A program made the translations under genes and the position numbers. The notes under the pieces are model-generated. The model was not told where the DNA came from and searched no databases. It saw only the letters and a list, made by a program, of their open reading frames with translations. A stretch of 64,000 bases of DNA from Eledone cirrhosa (taxonomy: Eukaryota). Positions within the stretch are counted from its first letter, which is position 1; each line of letters opens with the position of its first letter. The stretch spans positions 262,508,001-262,572,000 of the forward strand of contig OZ024740.1 of assembly GCA_964016885.1 (NCBI GenBank). The letters are read 5' to 3'. Below are positions 11,716 through 24,056 of this stretch, one piece after another.

Positions 11716-14700
11716 AGTTAGTGGTATGTTACTTTCCAAAAATCCTGAGGAAGGTTTTCGAGGTTCTATGCTGGCAGGGGTTGAAAATATTATGGTGAGG
11801 AACTAGTGAGGTAATTAACTGGTTTGAGAAATCGCAGAATAATAATACCACTAAGTTTATACAGTTTGATAGCTCTAACTACTACACTTCGATCTCTCCA
11901 GCTCTTCTAGGTAAGGCCCTTAACTTTGCTAGCTTACACACCGACCTTACATCGGAAGAAATTAACATTATTCTCCTTGCTAAGAAAACCTTAATTGAGT
12001 TCAACGGAGACTTGTGGACTAGGAGAGACTGGCCGGATAATTTTGACATAAACATGGGATCCACGGACTCAGCCCAGGTGACGGATCTGGTGGGCCTCAA
12101 CATCCTCGATTGTCTTGGAGTGGAAATGCCCCACTTGGGAGGTGGGGCTTATCGTGACGACGTTCTGTTTACTGTGTCGTATAATAATAATAGTATGGTA
12201 TAGAGGGTGAGGAAAAACTAAGAAAATTCTTCAAAAACATAGACTTAAGTATAGTGTTTCAAGAAAACCTGAAGATAGTTAATTTTATAGATGTTAAACG
12301 TAACCTCAATTCAGGACACTTCCAACCCTACCAAAAACCCAACGAGAATTTAAATTATGTCGACACAAAATCGAACCCCTCTAGAATAGTCACTAACGGT
12401 ATTACGAAAAGCGTCTCTAGTAGAATTTCAGGACTATCTTCCAATGAAGATACATTCGATAGGATCTCATATTATTATAATAGCGCCCTGGAACGCGCGG
12501 GGAATAGCGAGGGAATCTCATTCAAACGTCCATTAGGTAGTAGTAGCAACGATAGCTTAGGCCAAAATAGTGACACTTTAGTTAACAGCAGGCGGGAGGC
12601 GAAGGAGGATCAATATAGACTTCATGTTGTATTGCCTCCTACTCCCAATGACAACGGTACCAATGAGAATAACCACCTAGGTACAAACACGGTGTCCGAG
12701 CACCGTAAGCCAGCGGCAACTTTAATTATAACCTTAACTGTAGAGCTGATAAAACAACTGTTGAACGAAAAATAGAACGGAGGTCGGGTAGGGGGAATAG
12801 GGATAAATGTAGTGGTTCCTCAGGAACTACCCCGGTCGGTAGCAGAAAAAGCAATTGCAGGAACACCGCTACTTGCCCCTTGGCTGGGAAATGCCAAGAA
12901 CATAGTCTACGACTGTAAGGTCTCCACTTTAGATAGAACGTTCAGGTATGTTGGGGCGACTGCCACTGAATTTAAGGATAGATGGTATAGTTACCGCCAT
13001 ACTTTTAATAAAGTAGATAAACAAATAGCACAGCGCTTTCTGAATTAGTCTGGAAGCTTAAACAACAGAATATAGAGCACTCCTTATCCTGGTCCATATA
13101 ACGGCAGCACGGGCGTTTGTAATTTATGTATAGCTGAAACCTTTAAGATAATTAGAGGCGGCCCCCTACTAATCAATCGGAGAGCGGACATTTTCAACAC
13201 CAGTATAGAACCTCGAAAACCTTCCTCAGGCTTTTTGGAAAGTAACCTACCACTAACTCCCCCCTTTTTAACTTAGCCACACTCAGGTAGTAGACAGCTA
13301 AGATCGTTTGCGCACCTACACACTGTATTCGGTATGTTTCCACAGAGTTTTCACAGCTGAGTGCACATTTACCATTACTTTAGAATACCTAGTTAGTAAA
13401 TAGTTAGAACAATTACACACGCAGTTAAGACCGATTACGCGCATTCACCATCTCTCAGTTAGTAAATAGACGTATTACACACTCAGTTAAGAATGATTAC
13501 GCTCTTCATACATAATTCTACACAGTACCCGGTTTCTTTAGACACTGAGTTCCCACAGTTATGACCAGTCATGATCTTGTCGATTGAATACTACACTAGG
13601 TTTTGGTCTGTGATCCTCTAACCATGGAGTACTCACAGTTGCTGAATGGACAATACTACTTACACGCCAACAATGGGCCTACACACATCCCCGAGGTTTT
13701 GTTATTTTATTTAGTGTTGGGTAACACACCTCCACCACTCAAACACTTATCTTTAAAGCCCAAGGGCCCATATTACGGGAAAACGCACACACTGACACCT
13801 TAACTCAAATACCCAACCCTACATGGAGCCCGTTGTTGGCCTACATGGCGGGTGCTTTCACGCACAGACTCGGGGACTCAGATTCTCAACGGGACAACGG
13901 CACATATGGAGTTCGATACGAGCTGATTACTGCTCTTCACATGGATATGTATATACCAAAACATACACTATTTAGACGAGACGGATGTTTCAATTCAATC
14001 GATACACGTATAGCAGAACGTTGAACGGAATTTACTTGCGTGTGTATAGGGTTGTGGTTCACCCAATTTTTTTTTTTCTAATTTACATCGTAAAAATTTG
14101 ACCAATATAACATTTGTTGCTTTGTAACCTAACTTTTGGTGCATACTGTGTTGGTGTATATATTTTTTTTTTCTCTGACCTCGCGTCAGTGTTGTGAGTA
14201 TGTGTGTACTCACTAACACTAATTGTGACTGACCGAAATTCTACAGATTTGATGCTGAGATTAGACCTGTCCATCGTCTTTTACAGATATTGAGAGATAG
14301 AGACTTGATAGATTTATGAAACTGACTGAAGACGATAGCAGTTGGCGTGTTTTGGCTGCTGATTCTTTATATGGGGAACAAAACTCTAGTAAGTTAACAT
14401 CGTTAGTTTTTCCTCCCTCATATCAAAGATTTGAAGACATTTCATTATTCACCTGATGAGATCAGTGATAATCGATCATGACCACACGATCGATCTATCC
14501 CTTATTGAAACATGTGTCGTGATTAAAATGATTGGAAATTTATACCATGCCTTCGGATCTTTGTTTTGATACAAATACTCCATTTTACATCCTCTAGCAG
14601 TTCCCATAAATGAATTGGAGATATACAAAAGCGTGGAGAACTTAATATTGCTAACAAAAGTTTATTGGACCGTATGACACACCTTACTATATAACAACTA
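11716..14700 (+). mobile_element. Degenerate Naiad-type Penelope-like element with a short 5' inverted fragment
   Basis: RT motifs FIQFD, FDINMGSTDSAQVTDLVGL, AYRDD, VNFIDV. GIY-YIG motifs IVYDCKV..YVGATATEFKDRW..H..FN and CNLCIAE. 11716-11788 is the inverse of 13190-13258. HHR at 14449; its assignment to this element is inferred. Confidence 0.8.
14449..14522 (+). ncRNA. Type-I hammerhead ribozyme
   Basis: tcac CUGAUGA gat...atcgatc..gatcgat...att GAAA catgtg UC gtga, followed by ATTAAA. Confidence 0.78.
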
Positions 14701-14813
14701 TATATATATATACGTAGAATATATATATACGTAGAATAACCAGATCACTCTCAAGATCTCAACAGAGATTACCTGGGCGATCTAAACCTGAAAGCAAACC
14801 TAGGTAATTTCCC

Positions 14814-15041
14814 CAGATTGTTAAAAATAATTGTTTCTACTTTAGCCACAAGACCAGCAAATACCCAGTGCATTACTGGTACTTTATTTTATCGACCCTG
14901 TAAGGATGAAAGGCAAAGTCAATCTCTGCTGGATTTGAACTCAGATCGTAAAGGGACGTAACTATGCTGGAAAGCATGGCGGCCGGCCCTCTACCGATAC
15001 TGCCAATCCACTGCCCCAATCCACAGATTGTTAAAAATAAT
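14814..15041 (-). mobile_element. Full-length tRNA-derived SINE with 18-bp target-site duplication (TSD)
   Basis: A-box tggcagtatcgg, B-box gagttcaaatcc, Nin/Deu-like core gcctttcatcct...gtcgataaaataaagtaccag. TSD cagattgttaaaaataat at 14814 and 15024. Confidence 0.9.
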
Positions 15042-15254
15042 GCTAACAAGAAATGGAAAAATAATATACATAATACCAAAAATAGGACAAAAAACATAAC
15101 GAAACCAAATATAATATCACGACCAAAAGTTCATCAAGCAAACACCAACAGGAATATAAATCCTGAACAGAGAAAAATACATTTTTTAACGCCAGGACAA
15201 CAAAAACCCGAAAAAGAAAAACTCCAGGAGGAAACATACCCAAAACAACTGTAC

Positions 15255-15812
15255 ATGTAGATCCTAAAATAATTAATTTATCCAAAGGAGATCTTGACAA
15301 TGATGAAATGCAAATTCTATCAAAAGGAATGAAATTCACACCGACTTTATCAGTCAACCACCAAGAACTGAAGGAGGATACCAAAGAATTCTGTCGAAAA
15401 TTACATCTTGTAGAATTCTTCGCTGCTAAAAGTAATTGTTTCTACGTTTGGCACAAGGCCAGCAATTACCCAGTGCATTACTGGTACTTTATTTTATCGA
15501 CCCCGTAAGGATGAAAGGCAAAGTTAACCTCGGCGGAATTTGAACTCAGAATCGCAAGGGTCGTAACTCTATACGTCAAATATGGCGTCCGACCCTCTAC
15601 GAATACTGCCAATCCACCGCCCTTCGCTGCTAAAAGTAATGAGAGTGAACAATCACTAGTAAAGAACAAATCAAATTTCACTCCGCCAAAAGGAAGAAAT
15701 ATCTATCTCGACCAATACATTGACATCCTGTCTAAATTTCCTCTTAGACGTAATACTAATATTAGGCCAAACAGTAACAAATCAGAAATGTCTGCACTTA
15801 AAAGTATACTAA
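15255..15812 (+). mobile_element. N-terminal fragment of a Penelope-like element ORF (Neptune-like), split by a SINE
   Basis: IINLSKGDLDNDEMQILSKGMKFTPT...EFCRKLHLVEFF, then after the SINE KSNFTPPKGR..LDQYIDIL...EMSALKSIL. Matches the PLE N-terminal NLS..KGL.F.P motif. Confidence 0.7.
15418..15640 (-). mobile_element. Full-length SINE with 19-bp TSD
   Basis: TSD cttcgctgctaaaagtaat at 15418 and 15622. Confidence 0.92.
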
Positions 15813-15947
15813 TGCACACATATATATGTACGTATGGATTCACAGAACATTTATTATAATGCTCGGTGTGTTTGTAAACAAACATCCCGTATTAAGCCGT
15901 AGTGTCCAGCAACCATCGTTGCTCGTTTGTTCAACTCTGACAAAGGA

Positions 15948-15990
15948 ACGCTGTACTAGTTTCAAGCTTATTAGCTATCATCAGCAACGT
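15948..15990 (-). ncRNA. Minimal type-I hammerhead ribozyme
   Basis: acgttg CUGAUGA tagct aata agctt GAAA ctag UA cagcgt. 6-bp stem I and ACTAGT palindrome. Confidence 0.8.
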
Positions 15991-16278
15991 ATACCTTCCT
16001 GCCAGATTGTTGAACGTATATACTTACCTTATGCATACTAACGGCTGAGTAGCCCAATTTGCATATCGAGTGGGTACACATATATGTATGTACGTGTACA
16101 TACTTATATTTAAGTAACAGCCGTACTAAGAGTGGGAAATGAAATTTCGTTTCATTTTTTCCGTTTATCGTTTTCGGTGCATCCGGCCGATTAACCCACT
16201 CGAAATGCATATTGGGCTACTCAGCCGTTAATATCCATAAGGTAAGTATATACATTCAACAATCTGGCAAGAAGGTAT

Positions 16279-16321
16279 ACGTTGCTGATGATAGCTAATA
16301 AGCTTGAAACTAGTAGAGCGT
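16279..16321 (+). ncRNA. Minimal type-I hammerhead ribozyme (second arm)
   Basis: acgttg CUGAUGA tagctaataagctt GAAA ctag UA gagcgt. Confidence 0.72.
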
Positions 16322-16585
16322 TCCTTTGTCAGTGTTGAACAAACGAGCAACGATGGTTGCTGGACACTACGGCTTAATACGGGATGTTTGTTTACAAACA
16401 CACCGAGCATTATAATAAATGTTTGGTGAATCCATACGTACATATATATATATATATATGTGTGCATCTATGTATATATATACATACTACTGTACGTCTG
16501 TATACATATATGTATGTACGTGTACATACTTATAATATATATATATATATATATTATAATATATATATATATATATTATAATAAT

Positions 16586-16652
<67 letters not shown>

Positions 16653-16762
16653 GAAAAAAAATGAAAACGAAATTTCATTTCTCACTCTTAGTATGGCACT
16701 TACTTAAATGTAAGTATGTATGTATACGTACATACATATATGTATACAGACGTACAGTAGCA

Positions 16763-16814
<52 letters not shown>

Positions 16815-16964
16815 CAGGTACACATACATATATGCACGCATCAGTTTAGCGGACGCTTATTATAACGCCGCTTTGTTCGTTTGTCAACAAACTGAACAGC
16901 CTGAATTTATGCCATACGGTGTTAAGGCAACCACGTCACCTTTTTGTTCAACACTGACACAGGA

Positions 16965-17007
16965 ACGATGTACTAGTTTCAAGCTTGTTAGCTATCATCA
17001 ACACCGT
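16965..17007 (-). ncRNA. Hammerhead ribozyme, mutated third copy
   Basis: acggtg UUGAUGA tagctaacaagctt GAAA ctag UA catcgt. Confidence 0.55.
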
Positions 17008-17197
17008 TTACCCATCTGCCAGATAGTTGAACGTTCGAAAGTATATACTTTCCTTATGAAAATTAACGGCTGAGCAGCCTAATTTGCATAATGAGTGAGT
17101 TAAATCGGTCAGACATACCGAAAACGATAAGTTGAAAAAAATGAAAACGAAATTTCATTTCTCACTCTTAGTATATATATATATATATATATATATT

Positions 17198-19052
17198 ATG
17201 TCGTTGGGTTGGCAGGTATACTTGCGCTCTCGTACATGGACCACCTGGAACGCAAGGCACTCAATACCTGCTAACCCAACGCCGTCGCCTTCTACTCCAG
17301 ATACGTTGATGACATCCTGATACTTACTTCTTCCCGGGAGATGGCGAATGAAATTCACTAAATCTTCAACGATACCTACCATCACGTCGATTTCACCATC
17401 GAACACCCAGGAGAAGACGGGTCACTCGCCCTCCTCGACTTCCGTATCAACATCTCGGAAGAAGGAGACATAAACACCACCTTCTACCGCAAAGCAGCGT
17501 GCAAGGACTTATTTGTGCATTACAACTCAGCCCTCCCCAACAACGCTAAGAGAGGCTATGTCCTAAATGAACTGACACGGATCACTAACAGATGCAGCGA
17601 CCCGATGGGTGGTCTCACCCATACCACGCAATTCCGTAATCTACTCAGGTCTAATGGATATCCCAAGCGACTGATTAACGGAATTAGAGACCCCAGACCC
17701 AATAGACAGACACCCACTAGAAACTTAAATAAAAGCAGGTGCTTCTTTAAAATCCCCCACCTGAGTGAATTTACCACGAACGCCATCCGCAGGGCCATAC
17801 GGACGGAGGGACTTGACATACATTTGGCCCACACAGGACCTTCGCTGCGAAGATGCCTCTCCAACAAACCCGACGAGTCAGATGGGACGTGTTCCCTCAG
17901 CAACTGCCCGATACGGGGGGCAGATTGCCTACGCACCTATGTCGTATATAAGATTCAATGCGATAAATGTAACAAGTTTTACATAGGTAGCACCATTCGA
18001 CCCCTACATGTTCGTATCAAGGAACATATCAACACCAACGCATCTTCCTTCCGTAAACACATCCTTAAATGCGGAAACCCACAGGGTAGACCCTTGGTCA
18101 CAGTCCTAGCGACTGAACGCAGCATCGGATCCTTAAGGATAAAGGAAGCACTTGTTATTAAGAACCTCAGACCCCCACTTAACAACCGGGCTGAGAGAAA
18201 TGAGCTGACATGGCTAACTTAACCATAGTGACCATTCACAGCCCTTACGGCCTGCTATTTTCACACACACGCACGTATATGCATACCCATACGCATACAC
18301 ATACACATCTATATTTATACACGCACACATATTTTTACAACCTACCACCTTTCACACCCTTTGATTTCCAGCTTCTACAGCCCACTATCTTTCACACACA
18401 CACGCACTCACACATATACACACACAGTTACACACACATGTATACCCATACGCTTACACACACACATCTATATTTATACACGCACACATGTTTTACAACC
18501 TACCACCTTTCACACCCTTTGATTTCCAGCTTCTACAGCCCACTATCTTTCACACACACACACACTCACACATATACACACTTACACATATAAACACACA
18601 GTTACACACACATATATATTTACACACACATATTTTACGGCTTTCACACGCTAGCGCACCCTCTTGATTTAACCCATTTGGTCAGTAGCTTTTGCCACAG
18701 CCTATCACGCGCACGCGCATTCTTTCCCTCATTTAAATTTTAAATAATTTTTCTCCCCATAACGGCATTCCTGTTTTAACGACATCACAACTTTCTCCGC
18801 CTAGCCTGTTCCCCCCCTTTTGGAACTTTCCCCCGTTGATGGGCGTGAGCCCGAAATATTGGAATTAAATCTCCACTACGGTAACCCTTCTACCTTTGTT
18901 TTGTTTTCATCTTTGTCTCTCTCAATTTTCACTTTCTCCTATTTTCCTATCTATCATTCACTTCCTACCTCGAGATTTCCCTCTGCATTGTTGTGGCTTT
19001 CTAAACTACGTATTTTACACATTTCACAATGCTTCAAGCAAACTTTAACACC

Positions 19053-19055
<3 letters not shown>
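17198..19055 (+). mobile_element. 5'-truncated Penelope/Poseidon-like element (RT C-terminus, GIY-YIG, 3' UTR) between (TA)n tracts
   Basis: SRYVDDIL, FTIEH...LALLDF...FYRK. ORF 17515..18222 contains VVYKIQCDKCNKFYIGSTIRPLHVRIKEH...EALVI..PPLN. A decayed HHR-like motif, ccgttga-tgggc-gtga-gccc-GAAA-tatt, lies at 18831-18862. Confidence 0.88.
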
Positions 19056-19120
<65 letters not shown>

Positions 19121-19389
19121 TTTCTAACATTAATTTTTACCTAATTATGTATGGTTGACCGTATATCTAATTAATTTCCACGTGCTGTTGAAATGTTGGG
19201 TAAATATTCTATTGCGGTTGTGCGCGAAGACGCCGCAATGGTATATTTATTTACTGTTTCTTCATAGATTCCTTTTATTCTTATAGCCTGGTCTAATTGA
19301 TTTTTTGTGTGGTTAATTATGCTGTTTGGGAGTAGAGATGATGTATATATATATTATCAAATAATTCTCTGGACATGCTTTACTCTATA

Positions 19390-19442
<53 letters not shown>

Positions 19443-19449
19443 CACAGAA

Positions 19450-22345
19450 ATATCTGCAGTTAGTTACCGGGTCTAGTCTGCATGAAGAACTCAATGTAAT
19501 CCATATGTTTATAATGTTGTAGGTTAAAATAAATCCCGGAAAACAAAAAAAAAAATCATCAAAAAGAAAACAGAGTCATGATATAAGTTAAAACAATGAA
19601 ATAAAAATTCAAGTCATTAGGAAAATACTTCACTGCTTTACGATCGTTTCTAGGTGATAATAATACATCGTACGCATATTTCGTTATCGATCTATGTAAG
19701 GTTAGTTACAAAATATCAGATAAGGAGAATATTTACCTACTTGTATATCATCAGCTGTTGTCAAAAGCAATGAGAATTTTATTCAATATTAGTAGTAAGT
19801 TTAATGGTTGAAAGGTGTGAAAAATAGAATTACTTATAGAGAAAGGGGATTGTATTAATAGTGGATTGCAGTTGGTGTAGTGAAATAAAAAAAAAATTAT
19901 GTTGAGTTGTGTTGAATGGAATTTTTAGATGAATATAAATAAAGAAATATGAGATATACGGAAATTACTAGAATAAATATAGATAGGTAAGTTAATCGTC
20001 ATAATTAGGAAGGATAGTATATTAAAATATTAAAATTATAAAGATAATTAAATACAATAATATATTACTATAATATAATGTAATAAAATAGTCAGTAACA
20101 CATGAAACTATGGAAGCTAAAAAATTAAAAGGTTAAACGATTTTATGTGAAAGGGATATTTATAAAAAGGTTCGTCACATAGAACTATAGTGAGCTGTTA
20201 TCTAGAATGTTTAGTTAGGTTTATAGTATTTAAATGTTTTTCGTATACGGTGATTACAAACTATAATCAATTCTTGTCGTTTAGTCAATAAATCGTCTTT
20301 AGATTTAGTAATTTCCAAGATCTCACCGGAACATAATCTGCATTCTCTCCTGTTCCCAAGATATGGAGTTCTTTGTAGAATGGTATTCCACGATAGTTTG
20401 AAATCTATTCCTTTCTTTTTATAGTCATTTACTGCTTCAGCTAAAGATCTGGTGTTAGCTAGCTTAGTATTGTTAAAGCTACTGGTGTGTGCGTAATATC
20501 TTTTCTTAAATGTGTTCGATGTAGATCCTATATATGATTTGTTGGAGTCAGTAGTAGACACAGTGCATTTATATATTACATTATTAAACAGTTGCCATTT
20601 AAGGGACAAGCGCTTCTATTTCTGCAATTACAGCCATACGTAAGATGGTTGTTGGAGGTACGTACATAATTCGCATTAATCTTTGAGCTATTCTTATTGT
20701 AATTAATGTTAGAGTGAGAATGCGTGCTGCATTGTGGGTGATCTAGTGCTGGGGTTGTATTGTGATTTTGTGTTATGTTGTTTTTGTGTTGGTGATTTGG
20801 GTGGTTGTGTTTTCCAGGTTGAAGAATTGTATTGTTTGTCCTTTTAAGAGATGTAGTCTTATTTAAATAATGTTGTGGTGGCGTGATCAAATTATGTTTA
20901 AGTTTATAAATGTTGTAGTTGCTTATTTCTGTTGGAGATTGTTTGATGTAGAGTATGGGAATTTAACAGTATACCTGTTAAATCTGTGGTTTGGTGGAAA
21001 ATGTTTATGTAGAATTTCAAAGAATTTTGGCGGGATTTGTCCAATAGTTTGCAGGTTGAAGGGTGCGTTGTACCATGTTATGTTTCTTTTGCGGTTTTTA
21101 GTTAATTTGTTCTTCTCACTTATAATAATGTGTTGTGTTCTAGAAGAGTTCCTATGTTCAGCAATTGTATTAGTGGATTTTGGTAAATTTGGTGTTATTA
21201 TTGAGTAGATTATGGGAGGTTGAATGTTTCGTAGTCATATGTGAGTTGTTAACATCGGTGATAGATCGTGTAGTAATAGTTGTTGTGGGTTTTCGGTTGT
21301 TTGGTGTGATAGGAATGATCACATTAGGCATTTGTTTCGATGGTACTTTTTGGTGTTTGTAGTTTTTGCGAGGTTTTGTAGTGTGGTCCGTAGTATTGCT
21401 GGGGATATATGAATTGTTTTCTTTACATCCACTTCTAGGTAAGGCCTCGTTGTAGAAAGGTGCATTTTTATAAAATATTTCTTCATTGGAGGATAATTTA
21501 GAAAGTCTAAGAGATATGTTACATAATAAGCTTTTGAGTATAGAGCCAGGGTGGTTAGAGCGTGAATGAACATAGTGTAGATTCTGGTTAGGTTTGTGGT
21601 AAGGTTGATAAATATTCGTAGGTAACGTCAAGGAAGTTGGTTACTTTTGAGGTGTTTTCAAATGTGATATTAAGGTTGTAATAGTCCTTGAGGAATCTCC
21701 TAATTTGTTTTTTTATTTTTCTTTATGTCAGAATTGCTAAAATTGTTAGATATTAATAAACAATCATCCCGTAGAGACCAACTTCGAGGTGGGGAAAAGA
21801 AGAATGAATATTATAGAGGAGAAATAGTCCAACGAGGTCTGTAACTTACGCAGAGTCCATGGAGCCCATCGTTATATCGAATAAGTTGTTATATGTGTTT
21901 CTTGTCCAGTGTTCTTCTTGGAAGTTTAGTAAGGTTTTTCTAGCGTGTGTTGTGATGTTGATTTCATCAGTAAATAAATCCGATCTATTTCTGGCGAAAA
22001 TCAGTGGTGTGTTTAAGAGAATTGGGGAAATCGAAGGATAGTAAGAATCGATGTCGAATTGTATGAATGAAGCTGAGTTTTAATTCTCGATGTTAGTGAA
22101 GCATTCAATAACCCGGGAAGTGTTATCCCATAATGGAAGTGTTACAAATTTTCTAATCTGCGGGATGATTCGATCAATAATTTTCTTACTGATAGTACCG
22201 ATATCAGATTTTGATGGGCATATCAGTCTAATAGATGGGTTCGAATTGAAATCTGATTTGTTGTCCTTCAGGTTGAAGTGCGTGCTTTTAGGTGTGAATG
22301 GCTCCGTCCTATCTTCAATATGGAGTTTTTTTTACTATATCATAT
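19450..22345 (-). mobile_element. Degenerate Naiad-type Penelope-like element
   Basis: RT motifs IRLICPSKSDIG, FIQFDIDSYYPSIS, FDITMGSMDSA, YQPYHKPN..SNHP. CNCRNRSACPLNGNCL and GIY-YIG VIYKCTV..YIGSTSNTFKKRYYAH, CRLC, CNH. Candidate decayed HHR at 19635-19760 (CUGAUGA...GAAA cgatcg UA). Confidence 0.85.
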
Positions 22346-22377
22346 GATGTGTTTAAGGATGTCAGTGCAGTTGTGCT

Positions 22378-22444
<67 letters not shown>

Positions 22445-22491
22445 AATGAATAATAACAGGTAGACATCATAAAAAGGTAGTTTATTCCGTG

Positions 22492-22603
22492 TGCTTACAA
22501 GTGTTTCCACGGTGGTACTGCAGCCTAGTTCCGCTACGTGCAAATTCACAAGTATTTGCAGAACTCGAATATCCAATGCTGTGACCACTGTTTCCTCAGA
22601 GCA
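22492..22603 (-). ncRNA. Hammerhead ribozyme with long stem II (inverted-arm copy)
   Basis: Inverse of 25888-25999. Confidence 0.72.
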
Positions 22604-23096
22604 GAATGGTAAATATACAATGTAAAAACCCTTAAGTGGGGTTGTTGGGGAAGATAGAGTGGAACAGGAAGAGAGAAAAGTAGGGAAGAAGGAGAGAGAA
22701 GGAAAGATATGCAGGGGTTGGAGAAGTAGGAGAGAGTGGCTTGTAGATATCTTAATCAAAATGTTATGGTAGGGGTTTTATTAGTTACTTTTGGAGAGAT
22801 GCGTAGATAGTTGAGGTCGGAATTATTTATTGCCCCAGAGGTCAGGTTCATAGATGTTGAGAGGGAGGTAGGTCAAAGGTGAGAGAGAGAGAGTGTAATG
22901 GATGTAGAGAGAGATATATAGGTAGAGAGGGGACAGATAAAGTATATGTGGTGAGTGAACTTTTGGTTTTGTAGTAGTAATCTAGGAATTGTACTGAGTT
23001 ACCATGTATAGTGATAAGCAGTGTATTGTCTTGTAGTGTGGGGGAGAAGAGAAGGTTGTTAGCTAGAAAGTGGTGTTGTAGTTACGGGTTCGAATG

Positions 23097-24056
23097 TTAA
23101 GTTATTTTATAGTGAGAGAATTTAGCTTTTAGTTTGTGGTTGCAGTATAATGATCGTTCAATTCTATCGTTAAGTAGTTTGTTTTTGGATTTTAGTAGGT
23201 AAAATAGCTCAAGGTTACATAACCTGCAGTACTTCAAACCACTCCGATATGCATTTGCGCTGGAAAGTATATCCCATTTTAAGGTGAACTGTTGGTTGTG
23301 TTCACGGAGTTGCCAGGTCTTGTTGGCGAGCGTGGTCACAAAACGGTGATTCTGGTGTTTGATTGAGAATCGATGACGGTACCAGCGAGATTTAAACGAT
23401 GTGGTGGTAGATCCGATATAATACCATTTCTGGTCGTCCGATTCAACCGTGCATTGGTAAACAATGTTGGACTTTAGGCATTCATTCTGCAATGGACATC
23501 TTTCAGGTAGATGGCAGTTACATGCTTTGTTGTGGGTAGCGGGTATACCATGGATAGGTTGTGATAGCGGTACAGGTGGGTTGTGCAATACCCGTCTCCC
23601 ATTTAGTGGTTGGGAGGCAGATATTGCGTTCTGCCCATCTGTTACTAAAATGTTTTGTTTTGTAGAGTTGTTTAATTGCCTTAAGTTAAGTTTTTTTATG
23701 TATGCTTCAAGGTTTGGTGCCGTGGAGTATGATAGTCTAATAGTTTTGGAGTTCAGAATTTTGCTGTACTTATGGGAACTAGGGAAGTGTTTATTGATTA
23801 ATTTAAAGAATGAAAGAGATAGTTTTGTACTAATCGAGGCATTAAAAATAGGATTATACCAGATATACTTTCTACAACGTGATTTATTTGGTGGTGATCT
23901 TCTATTATTAATATTATTCTCGAGGCTAGAAAAACCATTATTAAGTTCGATAACTGCTACTGGGAACGTAAGGACAGACCCACAAATTTCGATATTACCA
24001 TGGGTTCCAACGACTCGGCGGAGGTCACGGATCTCGTGGGAATTTACATAGCCCAC
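23097..24056 (-). CDS. Chimeric ORF: antisense-RT leader fused in frame to an intact GIY-YIG endonuclease
   Basis: 319-aa ORF whose C-terminal ~270 aa duplicate those of 24000..25394 (CNC..CPL, IVYQCTV..YIGSTT, CRLC, CNH). Expression unknown. Confidence 0.35.
   Translation of the reverse strand: MGYVNSHEIRDLRRVVGTHGNIEICGSVLTFPVAVIELNNGFSSLENNINNRRSPPNKSRCRKYIWYNPIFNASISTKLSLSFFKLINKHFPSSHKYSKILNSKTIRLSYSTAPNLEAYIKKLNLRQLNNSTKQNILVTDGQNAISASQPLNGRRVLHNPPVPLSQPIHGIPATHNKACNCHLPERCPLQNECLKSNIVYQCTVESDDQKWYYIGSTTTSFKSRWYRHRFSIKHQNHRFVTTLANKTWQLREHNQQFTLKWDILSSANAYRSGLKYCRLCNLELFYLLKSKNKLLNDRIERSLYCNHKLKAKFSHYKIT

Larger units (their letters stand above)
15815..17172. mobile_element. Compound inverted array of an HHR-bearing non-coding unit (three copies)
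   Basis: 15815-16077 is the inverse of 16192-16450. A diverged third copy lies at 16850-17172. Parts of 16080-16210 recur inverted at 16650-16745 and 17065-17172. Confidence 0.8.

Noticed and set aside
13553-13628. SECIS-like ATGA...TGAT hairpin in a Naiad 3' UTR (some Naiads encode selenoproteins)
   Set aside because: The AA motif is about 23 nt after ATGA rather than 11-13, the helix is imperfect, and no in-frame TGA was seen at Cys positions in any of the three Naiad copies.
22340-22759. Duplicated 139/174-aa ORF (also 25732..26256) as a second PLE gene
   Set aside because: It has a non-ATG start, lies in the pyrimidine-rich 3' UTR/HHR region, and is duplicated only because of the inversion.
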